Of a stretch of 64,000 nt of DNA, positions 56,903 to 64,000 are shown piece by piece (position 1 is the stretch's first letter; each line of letters opens with the position of its first letter). The DNA comes from Myxococcota bacterium (lineage in GTDB: Bacteria; Myxococcota_A; UBA796; UBA2385), in the NCBI GenBank assembly GCA_044344255.1, contig JBIJDH010000025.1, positions 52,477 to 116,476 of the forward strand. The letters run 5' to 3'. The translations under genes were made by a program, and so were the position numbers. A model generated the notes under the pieces. That model had not been told where the DNA came from, searched no databases, and saw nothing but the letters and a program-made list of their open reading frames with translations.

Positions 56903-57999
56903 CGGAGGCCCTCGTAGAGGGCGAGGTGGCGGTCTGCGGCGGCCTCCCAGGAGAAGGCGGCGGCGGCGTGCGCGGCGGCCGCGGCGCCCATCTGGTCAAG
57001 GGCCGCGTCGGGGGCGCGGGCGAGGTCGCGGAGGGCGGCGGCCCAGCCTGTGTCCTCGACGATCCAGCCGATCTTGCCCTCCTGCCCTTCGAGCTGCTCG
57101 TGGTGGGGGGCGATGTCACTCAGGAGCACCGGCCGCCCGGCGGACAGGGCCTCGAGCGGGGAGAGGGGGAAGCCCTCGAGGTAGCTCGGCTGCACGAGGG
57201 CGCGGGCGTGGTGCAGCAGGGCGTCGCGGGCGGGGCCGAAGAGGGGGCCGGTGAAACGAACCCCCGGGGGCGCCGCGCTGCGGAGGCGCTGGCCGAATTC
57301 GAGCATGTGGGTGTCGCCGCCGACGATGAGCAGCGGCAGCTCGATGCCGCTCTCCCGATAGGCGGTGAGCAAGCGGTCGAGGCCCTTCTCGGGGACGAGG
57401 CGGCCGAGGTAGAGGAGAAATTGTTTAGACCGCAGCCCCGGCACGCCGGCCCGCTCGAGGGGCTCAAAGGGGATCGGGGACACACCGTTGGGGATGAGGG
57501 TGGAGTCCACCCCCATGTGCGCGCGGAACCAGTCGCGGAGGTGGCTGCCCACGGTGATGAGGCGGTCGGGGAAGCGGGCGGCGGCGGTGGCGCCGGCGCG
57601 GAGCACGGCGCGGGCGACGGGCCCCCATTTGTCCCGCTTCCAGTCGAGGCCGTGGATGGTGACGACGCTGCGCGAGCCCAACAGGCGGGGGAGCCAGGAG
57701 AAGAGGGCGGGGCCGGCGGCGTGGATGTGCACCACGTCGGCGCGGAGGCTCGCGCGGGGGGTGGTGAGCAGCGTGTGGACGAAGGCCTCGAGGCTGCGGG
57801 TGTAGACCGTGTCGGTGTCGATCAGGCGCATCCCGCGCACCATCCCGGGCCCGAAGCGGTTGTATCGCCGCCGGCAATAGACGGTGACGGCGCAGCCCCG
57901 CGCCGCGAGGCGGGGGCCGAGCTCCCCCACCGAGAGCTCGACGCCGCCCTCCACCTCGTAGGGGGCGCGGAGGCCAAGGATCGCGACCCGCAGCGCCAT
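56878..57999 (-). CDS. Glycosyltransferase family 4
   Basis: GGVE, TIHGLDWKRDKW, GRLVPEKG, PSYLEGFPLSPLEALS. Confidence 0.92.
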   Translation of the reverse strand: MALRVAILGLRAPYEVEGGVELSVGELGPRLAARGCAVTVYCRRRYNRFGPGMVRGMRLIDTDTVYTRSLEAFVHTLLTTPRASLRADVVHIHAAGPALFSWLPRLLGSRSVVTIHGLDWKRDKWGPVARAVLRAGATAAARFPDRLITVGSHLRDWFRAHMGVDSTLIPNGVSPIPFEPLERAGVPGLRSKQFLLYLGRLVPEKGLDRLLTAYRESGIELPLLIVGGDTHMLEFGQRLRSAAPPGVRFTGPLFGPARDALLHHARALVQPSYLEGFPLSPLEALSAGRPVLLSDIAPHHEQLEGQEGKIGWIVEDTGWAAALRDLARAPDAALDQMGAAAAAHAAAAFSWEAAADRHLALYEGLRQGARPSS

Positions 58000-58000
58000 C

Positions 58001-58984
58001 TCAGGGCCCTTCACCCGGCATCCAGAGGGGAGCATGGAGGCCGACCGCGGCCAGCCGCTCGCCCATCTCGTGGAGCACCTTGAACTGGAAGTCGTGGAGC
58101 ATGTTGGTGGCGAGCTCGGGGCGGCGCTTGAAGCGCTGCTTACGGTCGTCGGCGTGGAGGTAGGCGTACTTTCGCTCCCAGAAGGCGTCCCAGGCGCGGA
58201 GCGAGGCCCGCTCGACCGGCGCCTGGGCGACCGAGGGCACCGCCCACTCGAGGCGCGGCCAGTGCGCGGGGGCGGGCGCGGTGTGGCGGGCCCGCTCTTC
58301 GACCCAAGACCAGCCCGGCACGAAGCGGGCGGCCCAGGCGTTCTCGCGCATGAGCGCCACCACGGCGTCTCGGCCGTAGATCGGCACCGCCGTGGCGAGC
58401 TCGATGGCCGTGTAGAGGTTGCGATCGTCGATGCGGCTGTGCGCGGTGTCGAGCAGGTAGTTCGTGCAGAAGAGCTCGCGCGCAGGGTCGGGCAGCACGC
58501 GCCGCCCGGCTTGGAGGAGGGTCTTCAAGGTCCAGACGCGGCCGGGCTCGACCAGCACCATGAAGTCGACGTCACCGTCGGGGTCGACGCTGTTCTTCGA
58601 CAGGCTCCCGGTGACGAGGAGGCCGCGCACATAGGGCAGGCGGCTCAGGAGGGCGGCGGCGCGGCGGGCGCTCGGCCAGAGGCGCTCGGCGGCGCGCTCC
58701 CGCTCGGCCCGGCGCACGACGAGGCCCTCCTGCCCCGGGCGGTGCACCCAGGGGGGCGCGCCGGCGACGAGGCCCTCCTGCCGCAGCCCCTCGACGGCGG
58801 CGAGGACCGGCCGCTCGTCACCGGGGGTGATCAGGCGCACGAGCTCGCTCAGGCGGAGGGGGTGCTGGAAGAGGTCGAAGTACAGGATCAGGCGGAGGAC
58901 GTGGCCCCGGACTCCCTCCTCGTGCTCACAAGCGGTAGTATCCGCGCCGTGTCGGCTGCTGTCCGCGTTCCGTTGTCCGAACAA
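58001..58984 (-). CDS. Nucleotidyltransferase-domain protein (Pol-beta fold)
   Basis: YFDLFQHPL N-terminus; GLLVTGSLSK...DGDVDF (GS-x-DxD); FCTNY; NLYTAIE. Start uncertain (TTG 58984 is the nearest standard start). Confidence 0.8.
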   Translation of the reverse strand: MFGQRNADSSRHGADTTACEHEEGVRGHVLRLILYFDLFQHPLRLSELVRLITPGDERPVLAAVEGLRQEGLVAGAPPWVHRPGQEGLVVRRAERERAAERLWPSARRAAALLSRLPYVRGLLVTGSLSKNSVDPDGDVDFMVLVEPGRVWTLKTLLQAGRRVLPDPARELFCTNYLLDTAHSRIDDRNLYTAIELATAVPIYGRDAVVALMRENAWAARFVPGWSWVEERARHTAPAPAHWPRLEWAVPSVAQAPVERASLRAWDAFWERKYAYLHADDRKQRFKRRPELATNMLHDFQFKVLHEMGERLAAVGLHAPLWMPGEGP

Positions 58985-58993
58985 GGAGTCTCC

Positions 58994-60013
58994 ATGGCCC
59001 GTGCGACCCTCCCTACCCTGGTCTTCCTCCTCGCATGCGGCAATGGGAAGCTCGCTGGCGAAGATGAGGGCGGCGGCGACGGCGGGCCGGCGCTCGATGA
59101 CACCGGCGGCGACGAGGAGGTGGATCGATGGGCCGCCGCCGGCAGCGGCGTCGCCTACCTCCTCGACGGCAGCACCGACAATTCGTTGTTCCACCTGGAG
59201 ATCAGCGCCACCATCCCGCCGCGGGAGGGGGAGGTCTACGTGGGCTGGCTCTCGGGCGGCGCCGATGGGCCGGTGGAGCTCGGGGAGATCGCGGTCACGA
59301 GCGGCTCGGTGCTCTTCGAGGCGGAGATCGGCGTTAATGGGCTGCTCGCCGGCTACGACACGCTCGACGTCTACGCCGGGCCCCCGGGGGTGACGGCAGC
59401 CACCGGCGAGCACCTCTGGACGGGGCAGATCGATCCCGACCTCAAGGGGGCCTACGAGCGGCTGCTGATCACCAACCCCGCCACGCCGGACACCGAGGGC
59501 TCCGGCCGGGCCATCGAGAGCACCATCGAGGCGATCCAGGCCTTCACCCAGGCCGACATGGACGCCAGCACGCCGGTCGAGACGCTCCACGAGCACGCCG
59601 CGCTCATCCGCGACACGATCCGCGGCGAGGGCAGCGCCAGCATCGACGGCACGATGGCGATCCTCGGGGACGAGGGCCTCGTCGAGCTCATCCTCGCAGA
59701 CCTCGACGTCGCGAGCGCCGCGGTCGAGCCCGGCAACCCCGTGAAGGACCTCGCCAACTTCGCCTACGACTGCGTGCAGCGCATCGAGACGCACGCATCA
59801 GAGGCCGCCCGCAAGGCCGACGTCGCCACGGTCTGCGCGGGGGAGGACAGCTGCGACAGCGTACTCGCCACGGTGGTCGAGAACCTCCAGTACGCGCTCG
59901 ACGGCTACGATCTGAACGAGGACGGCACGGTAGACCCGACCACCGAGGGCACGGTGGAGTGCGCCGTCTACAACATCTCGCAGATGGCCTACATGGAGGT
60001 CGCGGTCCCTTGA
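58994..60013 (+). CDS. Hypothetical acidic lipoprotein
   Basis: AAGGAG RBS; lipobox LLAC; EF-hand-like DLNEDGTVD near the C-terminus. Confidence 0.82.
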   Translation: MARATLPTLVFLLACGNGKLAGEDEGGGDGGPALDDTGGDEEVDRWAAAGSGVAYLLDGSTDNSLFHLEISATIPPREGEVYVGWLSGGADGPVELGEIAVTSGSVLFEAEIGVNGLLAGYDTLDVYAGPPGVTAATGEHLWTGQIDPDLKGAYERLLITNPATPDTEGSGRAIESTIEAIQAFTQADMDASTPVETLHEHAALIRDTIRGEGSASIDGTMAILGDEGLVELILADLDVASAAVEPGNPVKDLANFAYDCVQRIETHASEAARKADVATVCAGEDSCDSVLATVVENLQYALDGYDLNEDGTVDPTTEGTVECAVYNISQMAYMEVAVP

Positions 60014-60054
60014 GCCTCGCGGCGGGGCGGCGCCGCTCCCGCTCTCAGTGTGCT

Positions 60055-60099
60055 CGGCCTCCGGGCGCGGCCTCCGGGCGCGGCCTCAGGGCTCGGCCT
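60055..60099. repeat. 13-bp tandem repeat x3.5 overlapping a stop codon
   Basis: cggcctccgggcg x2, cggcctcagggct, cggcct; tca 60086-60088 is the minus-strand stop. Confidence 0.8.
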
Positions 60100-60820
60100 T
60101 GGCCGGGCGGAAGGCGGCGTGGCAGGCCGCGCAGGTCTGGAGCACCTCGCCGTAGGCGCGGCCTCGATCGAGGGGGGTCTGTGCGGCGGCGACGGCGGCG
60201 ACGGCGGCGTGGACCCGCTCTACCCCCCGTGTGGCCTCGTCGGGGAGGGCCTGGCCGCTCGGCAGCTCACCGAAGACGGGCACGAGGGTGAGGACCAGGG
60301 CGGCCTCGGAGAGGGCAGAGGCCTTGGGCTCGATGAGGCCGACCTCGAGCTGGCGCGCGGCCCACTGGTGGCGCGCCATCCACTCGGTGGGCCCGGCGAT
60401 CCGCTCCGGCACGCCCGCGGCCACCTTCGGCTGGGCGCCGGCGGCGGCGTGGCACTCCCCGCAGGTGGCCATCGCCTCGCCCACCGCGGTCGCCGCCGCG
60501 CTCAGGTCGGGGGCGGCGGCCCCGCGCCGCACGATCGGCTGCAGGCGCTCGGCGTGGGGGCGGAGCGCGGCTGGGAGCCCCTCGACGGGGAGGCGGACGT
60601 CGATGGCTTGGAAGGCCGCCTTCGCCGCCGGCAGGTCTCCGGCGACCACGGAGTCTCGCGCCCGCTCGATGTCACCGAGGTGGAAGTTCATCTCGAGCCG
60701 CACCTCCCCCCGATCGGAGCGCGACGGGCCGCCCTCGACGACCTCGGCGAGGGTCTCGGGGTCGAGCGGGCGGTCGTCCAGGCCCTGCTGGCGGCAGGAG
60801 AGGATCAGGATCAGCCACAT
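60086..60820 (-). CDS. Di-heme c-type cytochrome lipoprotein (helical, cytochrome c'-like repeats)
   Basis: CGECH and CAACH, each at the end of a helical repeat that begins MxxH; lipobox ILSC. Confidence 0.85.
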   Translation of the reverse strand: MWLILILSCRQQGLDDRPLDPETLAEVVEGGPSRSDRGEVRLEMNFHLGDIERARDSVVAGDLPAAKAAFQAIDVRLPVEGLPAALRPHAERLQPIVRRGAAAPDLSAAATAVGEAMATCGECHAAAGAQPKVAAGVPERIAGPTEWMARHQWAARQLEVGLIEPKASALSEAALVLTLVPVFGELPSGQALPDEATRGVERVHAAVAAVAAAQTPLDRGRAYGEVLQTCAACHAAFRPAKAEP

Positions 60821-60930
60821 CGCGGCACCCCCGTCGCCCCCGCGGGGGCGCCCGGAGAAGATAGGCGATCGGCCGCGCCCTGACCAACGGGCCACCCCCG
60901 ATCTAGCCCCCCTGACCCCGGCGACCCGCC

Positions 60931-61452
60931 ATGGTGCTCCTCGAGCTGCTCACCGCCTGGACTCGGATCGGCCTCGTCGGCTTCGGGGGCGGGCCCTCGA
61001 TGATCCCGCTGATGAAGGCGGAGTGTGTGGATGGACACGCCTGGATGAGCGAGGCGGAGTTCCTCGACGCCCTCGCTATCGGCAACACCTTGCCGGGGCC
61101 GATCGCGGCCAAGATGAGCGCCATCGTCGGCCTCAAGGCCGGCGGCGCCGCGGGGGCGGCGGTGGCCTTCTTCGCGGTGATGCTCCCCCCGGTGGCCCTG
61201 ATGATCGGGCTCTCCGCCCTCATCACCCGCTACCGAAGCACGCAGGCCGTGCAGGGGGCGATGGCGGCCGTCAAGCCGGTCGTGGTCGCGATGCTCGCCT
61301 GGACGGTGGTCGACCTCGGCCCCGAGGGCCTCCGCGGCGGGCCCTCTCGCTGGTTGCTCGCCGCTGCGGCCCTCGTCGCCCTCGCGCTGAAGGTCAACCC
61401 CGTCATCGTGGTGGTGGTGGCGATGGGCGTCGGGGCGCTCTGGCTGCGCTGA
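60931..61452 (+). CDS. chrA: Short-chain chromate transporter (CHR family)
   Basis: IGLVGFGGG, WMSEAEFLD, LPGPIA motifs. Confidence 0.9.
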   Translation: MVLLELLTAWTRIGLVGFGGGPSMIPLMKAECVDGHAWMSEAEFLDALAIGNTLPGPIAAKMSAIVGLKAGGAAGAAVAFFAVMLPPVALMIGLSALITRYRSTQAVQGAMAAVKPVVVAMLAWTVVDLGPEGLRGGPSRWLLAAAALVALALKVNPVIVVVVAMGVGALWLR

Positions 61453-61481
61453 ACACCGGGCGCGGTCGGGCAGGGCCGGCC

Positions 61482-61498
61482 TTGGCGCGGCGCTTGCA
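61482..61498 (+). promoter_or_regulatory. Sigma54 (-24/-12) promoter
   Basis: TTGGCGCGGCGCTTGCA, GG-N10-GC, followed by a GGAGGAGG RBS and ATG 61522. Confidence 0.65.
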
Positions 61499-61521
61499 GG
61501 GGACAGGGGGGAGGAGGCACC

Positions 61522-62202
61522 ATGCGCCTGCTCGCCCTGCTCGCCCTCGTCGCTTGTGACCACCAGTACATCGCCATCCGCGACGCGGAGGTGATCGATG
61601 GCACGCCGCAGTACGCCTATGACCAGCTCTGGGTGGGGGATATCACCCCGACCTACGCGGTCACCGCGGGCGGCCTCGACCTCTCGGCCGAAGGGAGCGT
61701 CACGGTCGAGGTGAGCTTCGCCGGGACCTATGAGTTCACGGTGACCGAGCTCGTGTTCCTCACCTTCGACAATGGGTACTCTGACGTCGGCGATCATTGG
61801 GTCTACATCCTCGACGACGACGAGAAGGCGTTGCAGAAGGCGGAGATCACGCTGGAGCTGCTGACGGAGCGGCCGACGAAGGAGTGGTGCACCCCCAAGC
61901 GCGCCGGCACCTGGACCTGCTTCGCCAAGGTGGACGACGGCCTCGACGGGCTCGGCCTCGCCGCGGCCGGCGGGGACAGCGTGGGGCTGTACTTCGACTT
62001 CCCGGTCACCGTCGACGCTATGGACGGTGATGGGGGCGATGGCGGTGTCTGTGACGGGTACACCGTCGACGACTGCTGCGGCGGTTCGGCGGGCGTGAGC
62101 GTGGTGGAGTGCGCGTGGGATCCGGCCTGCGACTGTCCGGAGGGCACCACGGACGTCGGCTACTATGGCGACGGAAACCGGCGCTGTGACTGTCCGGGTT
62201 GA
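61522..62202 (+). CDS. Hypothetical lipoprotein with Cys-rich C-terminus
   Basis: Lipobox LVAC; C..CC..C..CxC..CxC tail. Confidence 0.82.
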   Translation: MRLLALLALVACDHQYIAIRDAEVIDGTPQYAYDQLWVGDITPTYAVTAGGLDLSAEGSVTVEVSFAGTYEFTVTELVFLTFDNGYSDVGDHWVYILDDDEKALQKAEITLELLTERPTKEWCTPKRAGTWTCFAKVDDGLDGLGLAAAGGDSVGLYFDFPVTVDAMDGDGGDGGVCDGYTVDDCCGGSAGVSVVECAWDPACDCPEGTTDVGYYGDGNRRCDCPG

Positions 62203-63874
62203 CCCCCCGGGGCTGCTGACCCCGGGGCTGCTGGCCCCGGGTATGCTGACCCTCGGGCTGCTGACCCCGGGGCTGCTGACCCCGGGGCTCCCGGGACCCT
62301 CGCCTGACGGGTCGCCGAGCTCGCATGCGCAAAGTTCAACGCCAGATCGAGCACACCGATGAATTCGCGCACGTTGATCGGCTTCGTGAGGTAGTTGAAG
62401 AACCCGGCCTCCAGGCCCTTCCGGATGTCGCCCAGCATGGCATTTGCGCTGATGGCGAGCACAGGGATGTGCGCCGTGAGGGGGTCATCCCGCAGGAGCT
62501 TCAGCGCTTGCATGCCGCTGATGCCGGGCAGGTTGATGTCCATCAAGATGACGTCGGGCTGTTGGTCCCGTGCGATCTCGATGCCGAGAGTCGCAGTGGT
62601 GGCGCTGAGCAGGCGCAGCTCGGGCCGACGTGCGATCAGGCTGGCGACCAGCTTCATGTTCGCCGGGTTGTCTTCGACATAGAGCAGGGTGTGCAGCACT
62701 TCATCCGTCGGGCGGGGATCCGCGCCGGGGTCCACGCCGCTGACGTTGACCTGGTCGGCCTTCTGGACCTGTGCAGGCGCTGTGCTCAGCTCAAACCAGA
62801 ACAGGCTGCCCATGCCTACCGTGCTCTCCACGCCGATCGTGCCGCCCATCAGCTCGACCAACAGCTTGCTCATCACCAAGCCGATGCCGGTGCCCTCTTC
62901 TCCGCTGCCCTCTTGTCCGAGGCGGTTGAACGGCTGAAAGAGCTGGGCCAGCTTCTCCGCAGGCAAGCCGAAGCCCGTGTCCCTGACCGTGATGCGCGTG
63001 ACGTTCGCCGTGGTGGTGACACAGTCCACCACGACCAGTCCCCCCATGATGTTGTACTTGATGGCGTTGGACAGCAGGTTGATGAGGACCTGCTTCAGCC
63101 GCGTTCGATCCGCAAGGACAAAGGGAGCCGAGGCGAAGGTGGGCAGCGTCAAGCGCAGCCCCCGCTTTGCCATCAGCGGCTCGATCATGGCCTGGCACTC
63201 CAACAGGACGTCGGTCAGCGATACCGGCTCTACAGACAGGGACAATTTCCCTGACTCGATCACCGCCAGATCCAGGATCTCATTGATCAACTCAAGCAGG
63301 TACCACCCTGCATGAAGGATCTGGTCAATGTTCGCCTTCTGTGCCAGTGTTGCTGGCGGCGAGTCGGAGTCCATCAACTGCGCGAACCCGAGGATCGCAT
63401 TGAGGGGGGACCGCAGCTCATGGCTCATGCTGGAGAGGAAGTCCGACTTGGCGAGATTGGCCTTCTCTGCCACCGACTTGGCACTCTCCAGCTCGTGATC
63501 GAGGCGTTTGCGCTCGGTCACGTCCCGTGCCGCGGCGAACACGCCCTGCAGCTTCCTGTCCCGATCATAGAAGGTGGTCGCGTTGTACGAGACGACGGTC
63601 TCTTTCCCGTCCCGGGCGTGGGCGGTGAGCTCATAGTTGGTGACCTTCCTCTCCCGTAGCACCAGCTTGATCGCCGCTTCAGCGCGTTGTGGATCGGTAA
63701 AGCAGTTCTTGAACGGTGCGCCGATCAGCTCGTCACGCGTACAATCAGTGAGAGCCTCCATCTGCTTGTTGACGTCTGTGATGATGCCGGATGGATCGGT
63801 TGTTATCAGCGCGTCGATGTTCGATTCGATGAGAGAACGGGTATAGAATTGTTGGTCCCGAAGCCGCTGGTCGA
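62163..63874 (-). pseudogene. PAS-HisKA-HATPase-REC hybrid histidine kinase, 5' end interrupted by an IS
   Basis: MSHELRSPLN, NLLSNAIKY, DTGFG, GTGIGL, LLYVEDN..MDINLP..KP; the frame runs DQRLRDQQFYTRSLIESNIDAL up to the IS end at 63875. Confidence 0.85.
62200..62291. repeat. 15-bp tandem repeat x6 with palindromic CCCCGGGG core
   Basis: Consensus tgaccccggggctgc; the first unit begins at the TGA stop 62200-62202. Confidence 0.9.
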
Positions 63875-64000
63875 CAGGGCAATCGCATCTTGACGGGGCA
63901 AGAGGTTAGCATGTGTTGATCTCTTACCGCCGGGCATCTGCCGCGGCCTCGGAGGTCGCCATGGCGACGCTGCTGGAGCACTTCGACAACCTGCCAGACC
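63875..64000 (+). mobile_element. ISAs1-family insertion sequence, left end
   Basis: Terminus CAGGGCAATCGCATC resembles ISAs1-type inverted repeats and is followed by a transposase-like start. Confidence 0.75.
63961..64000 (+). CDS. ISAs1-family transposase, 3' partial
   Basis: GGAGG RBS; MATLLEHFDNLPD matches the usual L..HF..L.DPR N-terminus. Only 13 codons are visible. Confidence 0.7.
   Translation, partial: MATLLEHFDNLPD

Noticed and set aside
1..64000. tRNA, rRNA, riboswitches and intrinsic terminators
   Set aside because: None recognised by eye and no clear hairpin plus U-tract was found. A tRNAscan-SE/Infernal run would be needed to exclude small RNAs.

Overview
Very GC-rich bacterial DNA, most likely Myxococcota (inferred from a MYXO-CTERM-like tail, a Pfa3-type PUFA synthase, an Rpn-like nuclease and many lipoproteins). 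About 48 coding regions are supported; most long ORFs in the track are antisense or shadow frames. Content is mainly envelope and secreted proteins: FG-GAP/VCBS, BNR and ASPIC-UnbV propellers, a CotH kinase, PI-PLC, three Thr-type sulfatase-like enzymes, an Lnb/DUF4105 protein, an NlpC/P60-like protein, a PD40-amidohydrolase, an M36/M4-like protease, a PHM-like copper monooxygenase and a di-heme cytochrome. There is also an archaeal-type ValRS and an orphan Pfa3-like synthase followed by a stand-alone AGPAT. The best candidate for an undescribed system is 44.6-48.8 kb: a hemerythrin domain fused to a Tes/MJ0619-like radical SAM enzyme, a DUF1858-DUF2249 protein and a divergent alpha-oxoamine synthase, each with its own sigma54-type promoter. 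Other highlights: an Rpn-like nuclease with an internal SD+TTG start and a separate near-identical copy of that C-terminal module; a ~0.9 kb insertion between ~46-bp direct repeats; an amber codon where Trp is expected; short tandem repeats anchored on stop codons; an IS91-like remnant; and a foreign-looking hybrid kinase cut by an ISAs1-like element at the right edge. No rRNA, tRNA or CRISPR array was recognised. All family calls come from motifs read by eye, not from database searches.
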